64,000 nucleotides of DNA from Planctomycetota bacterium (GTDB taxonomy: Bacteria > Planctomycetota > UBA1135 > UBA2386). The notes under the pieces were generated by a model, which saw only the letters and a program-made list of their open reading frames with translations, ran no database searches and was not told the origin of the DNA. A program made the translations under genes and the position numbers. Where the stretch lies: assembly GCA_025459175.1 (NCBI GenBank), contig JALORC010000003.1, positions 6,819 through 70,818 of the forward strand. Direction: 5' to 3'. The first letter of the stretch is position 1; each line of letters begins with the position of its first letter. Below are positions 49,149 to 58,050 of the stretch, one piece after another.

Positions 49149-50510
49149 ATGCAAGCACGTTCCCTGGCTGCGGTTGTCGTCGTCACCACCCTGCTGTCGT
49201 CCGCGGTCGCTCAGGTCCGCTGGACCCCGCGCTTCGAGGAGGCCATGCAGTTGGCCAGGGCCGAATCCAAGGTGGTCCTGCTCGCCTTCAACCTCGCCGG
49301 GGAGCGAGCCAACGACGAGTTGGTCGCGGATCACTACAAGGACCCGGTCCTGGGCAAGCTGTCGCAGTTCACCGTCAACGTGTTCTGCTCGATCGCGACC
49401 GAGCCACGGGTGCCCGGGGTCACGGCCCAACAGCAGCAGTCCGCCGAGCAGCAGGCGCGGCTGCAGGTGCTGAAGATCGGCCCGGGCGAGGACGTCATCG
49501 CGCCACAGCATGTGTTCGTCGGTCCGGACGGCGCGGTGTTGAGTGCGGTTTCGTACCGCATCACCAAGGGGGAGCTGGAGTGGGCCTGGGTGGACGCGAT
49601 CAGGAAGGTCGATCCCGGGTTCCAGTGGGAACTGAGCAACAGCGCCCGCGCCCCGGGTCGACTCAGTTTCGGTGCCGTCGAACGTGGTCAGAACGGCAAG
49701 CCGCCGACCAAGGAAGAGGTGGTAGAGGCGCTCAAGGAGGTCCGGAAGTCCCGCATGGCAGCGATGCGCAACCTGGCCGAGATCGAGTTGCTGATGAAGA
49801 GCGATCAACCCGAGGCGATCGGCTTCGTCGACTCCACGCTGAACGGCCTGCAGGCGAACTGGGTCGCCGGCGCTCTCGACACGATGGGCATGATATCGCC
49901 GAAGGCCTACCACACCGTGATCGGCGGCCATCTGTCGCACCGCGACGAGTCCGTTCGTCTCGCCGCTGCCGGCGCACTCGAGCGCCTGGCCGAACCGAAG
50001 GCCTGGGCGGCGCTGGCCAAACAGTACAAGCTGGAGAAGGCCGACAAGGTGCGCGGTCGTCTGCTGCGGGCGATGGCGAGTTGTGGTCCGACGCAGAAGG
50101 AGACTCTCACCCAGATCGACAAGGTGATGGCGAAGGAACCCGATGCGGGAATGCGCTCGCAGGCGTTGCTGGCGCTGGCCCAGGTCGACGACAAGCCGAA
50201 AGTCCACGAGGGGCTGCGTGCCGCGCTGCGCGATCCGTCGGCCAAGGTGCGGTCGACAGCGGCGTTCGTGCTCGCCTCGCGGCGTGACGCGGAGTTCGCG
50301 CTGACGCTCGAAGAGGCCGCTGCGCGCGAAGAGGAGCTGGAGACCAAGGCATGGCTCGAAGCTGCGGCCAAGGTGGTGCGCGGCGGCGATGGTGCGGCGT
50401 TCAAGAACTTCCTGCAACAGGTGCTCGGCGAGGTGGTGCCGCGTGCGGGTCTCGGGGGACTCGGCGGGCGGGGGGCTGGCGCCGGCGGTGGTCGAGGTGG
50501 CGGCGGCTGA
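49149..50510 (+). CDS. Exported thioredoxin-fold + HEAT-repeat protein
   Basis: Signal peptide; VRWTPRFEEAMQLARAESKVVLL, APQHVFVGPDG; HEAT-like VRLAAAGAL, VRSTAAFVL; Gly-rich tail. Confidence 0.75.
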   Translation: MQARSLAAVVVVTTLLSSAVAQVRWTPRFEEAMQLARAESKVVLLAFNLAGERANDELVADHYKDPVLGKLSQFTVNVFCSIATEPRVPGVTAQQQQSAEQQARLQVLKIGPGEDVIAPQHVFVGPDGAVLSAVSYRITKGELEWAWVDAIRKVDPGFQWELSNSARAPGRLSFGAVERGQNGKPPTKEEVVEALKEVRKSRMAAMRNLAEIELLMKSDQPEAIGFVDSTLNGLQANWVAGALDTMGMISPKAYHTVIGGHLSHRDESVRLAAAGALERLAEPKAWAALAKQYKLEKADKVRGRLLRAMASCGPTQKETLTQIDKVMAKEPDAGMRSQALLALAQVDDKPKVHEGLRAALRDPSAKVRSTAAFVLASRRDAEFALTLEEAAAREEELETKAWLEAAAKVVRGGDGAAFKNFLQQVLGEVVPRAGLGGLGGRGAGAGGGRGGGG

Positions 50511-50663
50511 GTCGCTGCGAGCGAATCCTGATGCAGCCGCGCTGCGTGCTCCGATGGCCGTACCGTCGCGCCAGCGCGTCTTCAGGGCATACCCGATCCG
50601 TCGATCAGCCGATCAGCCAGGGGGTCTGATGCTGGTGCGGCCGGGCCGCTACCATGGGCGACC

Positions 50664-52856
50664 ATGCCTCGACTCACACTCGTGCTGGTGCTGTGCGCCT
50701 TCGGGCCACTGCGCTCGCAACAGCTCAACTGGACTCCAGGCACGGCCGTCGAACCGTTCGGCACGCCCAATCTCGCGTTCGACGAACGTCGCAATCGCGC
50801 GGTGCTGGTGATGGACGACCAGACCTGGGAGTTCGATGGTGCGGCGTGGATACGGGCCGCTGCGACCCACGCCCCCGGCAACCGCACGTTACCAGGGCTG
50901 ACCTACGACCGCACAGGCGGCGTCACGTGGCTGTTCGGCGGCCTGCTCTCCGGTGCCGCGCAGAACGATCTGTGGACATGGGACGGCGCGGCCTGGACCG
51001 CAGTCGCGGCGCCAGCGGCGCCGCGCCCCGCACCTCGTTACGACACGGCGATCGCGCACGACACGGCCCGCAACCGGCTCGTGGTGTACGGCGGTCGCAC
51101 CCCGACGGGCTTGTCGAGCGAAACCTGGGAGTTCGATGGCGCGGCGTGGTCGCTGGCAACGCCCACGATCTCGCCGACGGCGCGACTCGGCCACGAACTC
51201 GTCTACGACCAACTCCGGGGGGTCACCGTGCTGTTCGGCGGCCTCGACTCCTCGCTGGCAACCCCGCTGGCGGAGACGTGGGAGTGGAACGGCACCAACT
51301 GGTCGCTGCGCAACTTGCCGCAGAACCCGTCTCCGCGCTACGCCGCCGGTCTCGCCTACGACCGCGCCCAGGCGCGCGTGTTGCTGCACGGCGGTCGCAT
51401 CAGCACGAGCGTCACGGGCTACGTGACCGACACCTGGGCCTATGACGGCGCGACGTGGACGGCGCTGCCGACCGGCGGCACGGTTCCACCCATCGAGGTG
51501 CCGGTGCGACTCTGCTTCGATCCCGCGCGCGGCGAAGCGGTCACCGTCCGCAGCAGAGCCGGCAGCTTGCAGACGTGGGCGTACGACGGTTCCACCTGGC
51601 GTTCCGTGCTGTCGAACCCGCAGCCGGGAGCACGCGACTTCAACACCTGCACCTACGATCCGGCGCGTGGCGTCGGCGTGATGTTCGGAGGTGGCGCCGG
51701 CACAGGCATCTCCTTCAACGACACCTACGACTACCGCGGCGGTGTCTGGCGCCGCATCCCCACCGCTGCGTGGCCTCCCGGGCAGGAGCCACTGGCCTAC
51801 GACCCGGTGAACGCGTCAGTGCTCATGTGGTTGGGCAACGCGGTGTGGCTGTTCGACGGCAACGCATGGACCTCACGGCAGCCGGCGGTGGTGCCGCCGT
51901 GGCGGGGTGGCTATGCGATGGCCACCGACCTCGCGCGTTCCCGCATCGTGCTGTTCGGCGGCGCCAACTTCTTCGGGACGATCAGCGGCGAAACCTGGGA
52001 GTGGGACGGCACCGTGTGGAGCCTGCGGCAGCCAGCGACAGCCCCGGCACCGCGCATATGGGCCGGCATGACCTACGATTCGCTGCGTCAGCGCATCGTG
52101 CTCTACGGTGGCAGTACTTCGACCCCGACGGAGACCGCTGCCAGTGACCACTGGGAATGGGACGGCACCACGTGGTTGCAGCGGAGTCCGGCAGCAGCAC
52201 CGGGCGATCGCATAGCGCCCGGCCTGGTCTTCGACGCGCAGCGCGGCGTCGTGCTGATGCATGGTGGCTCCTACTTGGTGTTCGGCTTCCGGATGCCTCG
52301 CAACGACACCTGGCAATGGAACGGTGTGGCTTGGACGATGCTTCCGGTTGCGTCGCCGCCGCCGACGCGCCGACACATCCCACTGTTCTACGACGCGGGC
52401 CTCGGACGCACGGTGCTGTTCAGCGGCGACCTGCGCAACGACGAATGGCTGCTGGGGCCGGTCTCGGCAGTGGCGGTGGCGAGCTACGGCACCGGCTGCC
52501 CGGGCACGTTCGGGGTGCCACACCTGCGCGGGCGTGGGCTGCCAGTTCCGGGCAACCGGTGGTTCGGCCTGCAGGTGTCGGCGATGGCACCCAACGCATT
52601 CACGGTAGTCGGCCTCGCCAGCAGCCCGCGGAACGCACCCATCGGCGGCGGTTGCACTCTGCTGATCGACGCACCGACGCTGCTGTGGGGCCTCGCCGAT
52701 GCCCGCGGTCAGCTCGAGTTCAACCTACCGCTCCCGAACGTGCCGGCGCTGCTGGGCGGCACCTTGTTCGCGCAGATCGCCGGGCTCGACCCCGCCGGTG
52801 CGTTCGGCGGCGTGCTGGCCGTCAGCCCCGGGCTGCGCATCGACATCGACCGCTGA
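50664..52856 (+). CDS. Secreted Kelch-like (TWEWDG) double propeller with shared C-terminal domain
   Basis: About 12 AYD..R..VLFGG..TWE/xWDG repeats; ends YGTGCPGTFG...FAQIAGLDP...SPGLRIDIDR. Confidence 0.88.
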   Translation: MPRLTLVLVLCAFGPLRSQQLNWTPGTAVEPFGTPNLAFDERRNRAVLVMDDQTWEFDGAAWIRAAATHAPGNRTLPGLTYDRTGGVTWLFGGLLSGAAQNDLWTWDGAAWTAVAAPAAPRPAPRYDTAIAHDTARNRLVVYGGRTPTGLSSETWEFDGAAWSLATPTISPTARLGHELVYDQLRGVTVLFGGLDSSLATPLAETWEWNGTNWSLRNLPQNPSPRYAAGLAYDRAQARVLLHGGRISTSVTGYVTDTWAYDGATWTALPTGGTVPPIEVPVRLCFDPARGEAVTVRSRAGSLQTWAYDGSTWRSVLSNPQPGARDFNTCTYDPARGVGVMFGGGAGTGISFNDTYDYRGGVWRRIPTAAWPPGQEPLAYDPVNASVLMWLGNAVWLFDGNAWTSRQPAVVPPWRGGYAMATDLARSRIVLFGGANFFGTISGETWEWDGTVWSLRQPATAPAPRIWAGMTYDSLRQRIVLYGGSTSTPTETAASDHWEWDGTTWLQRSPAAAPGDRIAPGLVFDAQRGVVLMHGGSYLVFGFRMPRNDTWQWNGVAWTMLPVASPPPTRRHIPLFYDAGLGRTVLFSGDLRNDEWLLGPVSAVAVASYGTGCPGTFGVPHLRGRGLPVPGNRWFGLQVSAMAPNAFTVVGLASSPRNAPIGGGCTLLIDAPTLLWGLADARGQLEFNLPLPNVPALLGGTLFAQIAGLDPAGAFGGVLAVSPGLRIDIDR

Positions 52857-52935
52857 AGGTCGCGGTCGCGGTCGCGCGCGCACACGCGACCACGCCCATC
52901 GACTGGCACGCATCGCCATCCAGGCAGGCCGTCAC

Positions 52936-53300
52936 TCAGACGTTCCCCAGACGCCATTCCAGGCCATTGCTGAGGATGACGCCGATGGGGTTCGCGCCGG
53001 GCGCTACCGCCCACGCCTGCAGGTACAGGCTTTAGCCGAGTGCCACCGTCAAGTTGGGCAGCGCCAGTTCATATTGCAGCCCGCCAGCGCCGACCGGAGT
53101 GGTGCCGAAGCCAGCGCCGAGATCTGCTGAATGCAGCAGATCGCAGCCGGGCATCCCGATCGGGGCGAGCGACACCGGGATCGGGGCGCCATTGAAGTTC
53201 GCGCGGCTCCAGCCCAGCGCCACGAAGAGGCAACGGACTGTGGGCATGATCGGGTTTCCGAATTTCGTCCGCGCAGGCCCACAATAGCAGGAGTTGGCCG
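52936..53300 (-). pseudogene. Orphan remnant of the shared C-terminal domain with in-frame stop
   Basis: ..LFVALGWS..IPVSLAPIGMPGCDLLHS..LALPNLTVALG*(TAA 53032-53034)SLYLQAWAVAPGANPIGVILSNGLEWRLGNV*; no passenger domain. Confidence 0.75.
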
Positions 53301-53379
53301 ATGGAGGCTCCGGGAATGGTGCGCGAGGGTGCCGGGCGGGGCGCCGCGCCGCAGGTCGATCGCAGCTGGTTGCCGCCAG

Positions 53380-55107
53380 TCAGTTGCCGATGGTACAGAG
53401 CAGGCCGTTGGAGGTCTGCAGTCCCATTGCAGTGTGCGGCGAGAACGCCACCGACTGCCCGCCGAACGAACTGCCGAGCAGGCTGGCACTGCCTGGCACG
53501 GTCAACGGGAACGTCGCGCTCCCGTTGTTGATCGGCAGGACCGCCGAGCCCAGAAACCCGCTGAGGTGGATCCAGCAGGACGGCGCACCGGTCGCGCCGA
53601 GGTCCACACCCGGGACAGTGTCGGACGCAAGAATCAGCAGCCCGAACGGGGCGAACACCGGCACGTTGGTGGTCGTGAACAGCATCGTGGTGCCCAGTGC
53701 GGGCGGGCTGCCGGCAAGGGTCAGCGGCAGCACGTTCGCGGTTCCGAGCGTGAACTGCACCGAGGGCTGCGAGATGTCGATCGGCAGCGGCAGGCGGTGC
53801 GTCGAATTCGGTTGGGGGCCGGGCGACCAGCCGACCAGGATCGTGCCGGTCGCCGTCGGCGGCATCTGCGCCACGCGATAGCGGTACTCGAAGTCGCCGT
53901 TGCTGCGCAGCGCGATCTGGAACGTGATCAGCGACTGTTGTGGCAATGGTGCGCTGGCGCCGTCGAGGGCGCACTCGCGCCAGGTCACGAAGGCGGTCTG
54001 GTTGTCCGGCGCGACGTCGAAGTAGACGCCGGCCGCGCCGCCGTTCACGTCGGGCCGCAGCGGGGCCCACAGCGGCGCCATCTTCGGCAGGCCGTTGACG
54101 AGGGTGTTGCCGTCCGCCTGCAAGTCGTCGGACGTGGCACTGTTGGGGCCCAGCAGCAGCAGCCCGTTCACCGATGCGTGCACGACCGACGTACTGCCGC
54201 CGCCGATCGGGAACGCGAACGGCAGGACCAGCGGTCGGGTGATGGAGTCCTGGCCGAGCGGCAGACCGCTGCCATTGGTGGTCAGCGGCGCGCCGCCGGG
54301 TTGGAACCAGCCGCCGACACCACTGCTGACGCTGTAGCCGCCCGCGCTCCGCGTGTGGATGAGTCGCCGCTCCTGCCCCGGGGCGCTGCCGAGATCGAAG
54401 GTTCCGGGCGACAAGAAGATCTTGTAGTAACCTGTATTGCTGTCCAGGCAGCCGTTGCCGACCGTGTTGACGGTGGCGCAGGTGGTGGACGGCGCGAAGG
54501 TGAGCCGCACCTGCATGGCACTGTGCGCACTTCCCGTGATCGGCACCTGACTCGACGGGGTAGCCGTCTCGGTGGAGATCCATGAATGGCCGGATGTGCG
54601 CAGCCAAAGGGTGCCGGACGGATTGGCGGCGATCGAAATGCGGATGCCGATGTCTCGCACGCCGTCCCACACGAAGCCGGCCGACTGCACACCGGGCAAC
54701 GAGACCCATTGGTTGGCCACCCAGGGGAGCGAGAACAGCCCTTGGGCCGGGGCGAACACGGTCACCGGTTGGTCGAGGTTGGTGTTCCAGTTGCCCGGGA
54801 TCGGTGGCGACACCGTCAGGTGGCCGATCTGGACCAACGCCGAACTGCACTGGAACACGCCGCTCGGGCCATTGGCATTGACCCCGGAAGCGGCGATCGC
54901 GAAATCGAGCAGCTGGGAGTTTGCACAGACCCCCGAGACCTTCAGGCGCGAGGCCGGGTAGAAGTGAATCGATGTGCGGCCGTTGGGGGCTGGATTGAGA
55001 AAGGGGCCGAGTGGGAAGCCGGTCGTGAAAGTGCTGTCGATGCCGACCACCTGCGCAGACAGCGGGGTGAGCAGCAACAGCCCGAACGAGACCAAATGAC
55101 AACGCAT
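53380..55107 (-). CDS. Secreted protein with nidogen-like domain and shared C-terminal domain
   Basis: Signal peptide; VGNGC; LPFAFPIGG..VNGLLLLG..MAPLW..VYFD..FVTW..TFQIALRSNGDFEYRY; ends MGLQTSNGLLCTIGN. Confidence 0.85.
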   Translation of the reverse strand: MRCHLVSFGLLLLTPLSAQVVGIDSTFTTGFPLGPFLNPAPNGRTSIHFYPASRLKVSGVCANSQLLDFAIAASGVNANGPSGVFQCSSALVQIGHLTVSPPIPGNWNTNLDQPVTVFAPAQGLFSLPWVANQWVSLPGVQSAGFVWDGVRDIGIRISIAANPSGTLWLRTSGHSWISTETATPSSQVPITGSAHSAMQVRLTFAPSTTCATVNTVGNGCLDSNTGYYKIFLSPGTFDLGSAPGQERRLIHTRSAGGYSVSSGVGGWFQPGGAPLTTNGSGLPLGQDSITRPLVLPFAFPIGGGSTSVVHASVNGLLLLGPNSATSDDLQADGNTLVNGLPKMAPLWAPLRPDVNGGAAGVYFDVAPDNQTAFVTWRECALDGASAPLPQQSLITFQIALRSNGDFEYRYRVAQMPPTATGTILVGWSPGPQPNSTHRLPLPIDISQPSVQFTLGTANVLPLTLAGSPPALGTTMLFTTTNVPVFAPFGLLILASDTVPGVDLGATGAPSCWIHLSGFLGSAVLPINNGSATFPLTVPGSASLLGSSFGGQSVAFSPHTAMGLQTSNGLLCTIGN

Positions 55108-55156
55108 TGTGTGGCTCCAGGTGGGTGGACAGTTTCGCCGTGACGATCGCCAGGGA

Positions 55157-55240
55157 CTATAGACCGACCTGCGCTCGCAGGTCGGTCGGGGTGTGCAATC
55201 CCATCGCGTTGGGCAGGGGCAGGAAGTTCAAGCAGCAGTC
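55157..55240 (-). pseudogene. Terminal remnant of another shared-CTD protein
   Basis: LNFLPLPNAMGLHTPTDLRAQVGL* matches the N.xG..tSNgL...vG end of the domain. Confidence 0.5.
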
Positions 55241-55319
55241 CCGAACCACCCGGAACCCACCCGCCGCAGCTTGCCGCCCGAACCCCGCCCCGTCCAACGT
55301 CGCGTTCGACACCGCGACT

Positions 55320-55442
55320 GCGGCACGACGAGTCCAGCGCGGCATCGCCGCCCTCGACGTGCGCTTGTAGGGCGGCCTCGACCAGCGCGGTGATCGGGTC
55401 GTCGCTGCCGCCATGCGCCTCGTCCGCACGCGTTTCCGTCAT
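55320..55442 (-). pseudogene. N-terminal stub resembling planctomycete Ser/Thr kinase leaders
   Basis: MTETRADEAHGGSDDPITALVEAALQAHVEGGDAALD; compare the DDEDPIERIMASLLA leader of the kinase at 26453. No kinase domain follows. Confidence 0.35.
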
Positions 55443-55579
55443 CGGAGCGGGCATGCTGGCGTTGGCCGGCCTTGTGGTCAAAGCCCCGCGGTTTCGCGGT
55501 TCGGCGCCGGCTGACGACGTCGTTCGAAGTCTCTGTCGTGGAGAGGTGCGGTGACCTCGCGACCGACCTTCGGCCGCAC

Positions 55580-56131
55580 CTAATCGTCGTCGATGCAGTC
55601 CTGCAGCGCTTCGATCGACAGATCCAGGAACTCGGCGAAACTCGGTGCGACGTGCACGATCTCGTCAGGGTCGTGCACGAAGGCGAGGATCTGCCCGCTC
55701 TTGCCGTTCGCCGACGGCGAGCCATCGGAGAGGAACAACAGCGTGGCACCGCCGAAGGCCGCGAACGGCAACCAACCCGGCTCGAACCAGCCGGCCCTGA
55801 TGCGCGCGTCACGCGGTTCCGCCGCCTCGTAGTCGCGATACTGCGGGGCGCGCCTGGCCATCGCCTCGCGCGCGTCGAGCGCGTCCTCGATGGTCAGAAA
55901 GTCCAACCCGGTCAGGAAGCCTGGCCGCGCAAACACGGGCGCATAGCTGCCCCCGCCATCGGCCACCGTCCACGCTTCGCGAAGTGCCGGATCGAGGCAG
56001 CCTCGCATCGTCGCGTCGAGCTTCTCGAGCGCGCGCGTGTTGGCCGGTGCACGCAGACCCGGGTCTTGATCCGGATCGTCCATCGCTCCGTAGATCGCGA
56101 GCAGCCGATTCTTGTAGGCAGAGAAGTCCAT
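55580..56131 (-). CDS. SMI1/KNR4-family (immunity-like) protein
   Basis: LRAPA...LDPALREAWTVADG, PGWLPFAAFGG, GQILAFVHDPDEIVHVAPSFAEFL. Confidence 0.85.
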   Translation of the reverse strand: MDFSAYKNRLLAIYGAMDDPDQDPGLRAPANTRALEKLDATMRGCLDPALREAWTVADGGGSYAPVFARPGFLTGLDFLTIEDALDAREAMARRAPQYRDYEAAEPRDARIRAGWFEPGWLPFAAFGGATLLFLSDGSPSANGKSGQILAFVHDPDEIVHVAPSFAEFLDLSIEALQDCIDDD

Positions 56132-56321
56132 CGCAACTTCGGGTCGGACCACGACGACTCTACCGCAGACGTTCCGCCAGAGTGCCTTCGCGTTGCCGGA
56201 ACGCGCGATCCGCCGCGACCAGCGTACGCACGGGACGTCACGCCGCTTGTTGCTGGCCAACCCGAGATCCGAGCCGCGACGCCGGCTTGGGCCAAGAGCT
56301 CAGCGTAGAGCGGAGGATACG

Positions 56322-56606
56322 ATGGATGACATGACACAGGAGCCGAGAGCGCCAACTCGCCATCTCCCAGCGACTCGAACGTCAACCAGCGCTTCTCGTA
56401 GGGTGCCCTTGCCCAGGATGCACGTTGCAGGACGTCTCCGCTTCTTGCGGACACTGGAGTCAATCAACATCGTGCTGGTTCCCGGCGCGCTCGTCGGGTT
56501 CTGGTGGCGCCGACTTCGTGAATCGGCGCTGGCAACCGACCTGCGCCGGGTTCGTGAACGTGCGGCGCTTTCACGGAACGCAAGCAATGGACGCCAGGAT
56601 GCCTGA
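56322..56606 (+). pseudogene. Possible truncated membrane-protein fragment
   Basis: GGAGG before the ATG; one hydrophobic segment (INIVLVPGALVGFWW), then degenerate sequence. Confidence 0.25.
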
Positions 56607-56643
56607 CCAGGGGTAGCACTCGACACACGGCATCCGCCAGCAC

Positions 56644-56769
56644 CCCGGCTGCCCGCTGCACCAGAGCACCGAGGCGAGCTTCGTGTTCGCCAGCAACGCG
56701 GCCGGTCCGGTGACCACGGCGGCCACCGTGCCGGACAACCAGACCCTGGTCGGGCTGACGCTGCCGTAG
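56644..56769 (+). pseudogene. Internal remnant of the shared C-terminal domain
   Basis: PGCPLHQSTEASFVFASNAAGPVTTAATVPDNQTLVGLTLP* matches the PGC....G.......P....LvG..L segment. Confidence 0.6.
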
Positions 56770-56774
56770 TCCGA

Positions 56775-57920
56775 TCACGACGGCGCGACGAGGTCACGCA
56801 ACATGGTCAAGGGCACACACTCGATGCCTTCGTCCAGCGCATACCGACGCGTCCCTGGATAGATCACGAACAGCCGATCGAGACGAAGGTCCGCCTGCGT
56901 CACCCGCATCGACTTGGTGACCCGCGGCGCGTCCTCGCGCTTCATCTCGACGCCGATGCGTTGACCGCGGTGCAGGAAGAACAGATCGAGTTCGGCACCC
57001 GCGTGCACCGAGTAGAACCACGCCTGATCCGGGCGGAACACTCGTAGCACTTCCTCGACGACGAATCCCTCCCAGGAGGCGCCGTGCTTCGGGTGCATCA
57101 ACAGCTGGGTGGAGTCCTGGATGCCCTGCAGCGCGTGGAACACACCGCTGTCGCGCAGATAGATCTTCGGACTCTTCACGGTGCGCTTGCCGAGGTTCTC
57201 GTGCCAGGGCTGCAGCACACGGACCATGAACGTCTGCTCCAGCGCGTCGAGATACTTGCGCGTCGTGTGTGGCGAGACGCCCATCGCCGATGCGATCTCG
57301 GCGCCGTTCCAGATCTGGCCGTGGTAGTGCGACAACATCGACCAGAAGCGACGCATTGCCGCCGGCGCCATGCCGAAGCCGAGTACACCGAGGTCGCGCT
57401 CGAGGAACGTGGTGAGGAAGTTCTGCCGCCAGCGGTAGCTGGCGCCGTCATCGGCGGCCAGGAACGAGCGCGGGAAGCCGCCGCGCACCCATAGCTTGTC
57501 GACGGCACCTCCACCGACCTCGCCGAGGTCGAAGCCGCGCAGTTCGACGATGTCGACCCGACCGGCGAGGGACTCGGCCGACTGGCGCGAGAGCTCGGGC
57601 GAGGCACTGCCGAGCACCAGGAACTTCGCCGGGGCCTCCGGCCGGTCGGCCAGCACGCGCAGGACCGGGAAGAGGTCGGGCTGGCGCTGGGCTTCGTCGA
57701 GAACGACCAACCCGCGGAGCGAACGCAGCACGGTCATCGGTTGCGCCAGTGCCGCCGCGGCGGCCGGGTCTTCGAGATCGAAGAAGTGCACCTCACCTGA
57801 CGGCGATAAGTCCCTTGCCATGGTTGACTTACCACACTGCCTCGGCCCGACCAGCAAGGCCACGGGGCTGCGCTCGAGGGCCACACGCAGCTCCAGCTTG
57901 TAGCTATCCCTCGAGATCAT
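56775..57920 (-). CDS. AAA_14 ATPase with DUF4143 (PD-(D/E)XK-like C-terminus)
   Basis: LVGPRQCGKST, VLDEAQR, LGSAS, ESLAGR, RGGFP, VKSPKIYLRDSG, GASWEG, ELDL..GVEMK. Confidence 0.92.
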   Translation of the reverse strand: MISRDSYKLELRVALERSPVALLVGPRQCGKSTMARDLSPSGEVHFFDLEDPAAAAALAQPMTVLRSLRGLVVLDEAQRQPDLFPVLRVLADRPEAPAKFLVLGSASPELSRQSAESLAGRVDIVELRGFDLGEVGGGAVDKLWVRGGFPRSFLAADDGASYRWRQNFLTTFLERDLGVLGFGMAPAAMRRFWSMLSHYHGQIWNGAEIASAMGVSPHTTRKYLDALEQTFMVRVLQPWHENLGKRTVKSPKIYLRDSGVFHALQGIQDSTQLLMHPKHGASWEGFVVEEVLRVFRPDQAWFYSVHAGAELDLFFLHRGQRIGVEMKREDAPRVTKSMRVTQADLRLDRLFVIYPGTRRYALDEGIECVPLTMLRDLVAPS

Positions 57921-58050
57921 GGGTGAAATCATGCACTCACAGTGCAATATTTCAACCATCGGACAGCTACGCGGGCGCGGTCGCAAAGCCGCCCCGCGAT
58001 CAGGCATTCGGCAGTCCCGAAGCGCCGCCCCCGCTCGGGACCTCGCCGCC

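Noticed and set aside
52858-52892. Hairpin ggtcgcg...cgcgacc after the Kelch gene as a special element
   Set aside because: Consistent with an ordinary terminator-like stem between convergent units; low-complexity GC sequence.
53032-53034. Stop-codon readthrough (Sec/Pyl) in the CTD remnant
   Set aside because: The stop is TAA, and the fragment lacks a proper start, signal peptide and passenger domain; simple decay explains it.
7685-55107. Diversity-generating retroelement acting on the shared C-terminal domain
   Set aside because: No reverse transcriptase, and no near-identical template/variable repeat pair differing only at adenines was seen.
33600-57920. Integron cassette array
   Set aside because: No intI; genes lie in mixed orientations; candidate RYYYAAC...GTTRRRY pairs (near 39835-39877 and 56190-56260) are too short or pair poorly.
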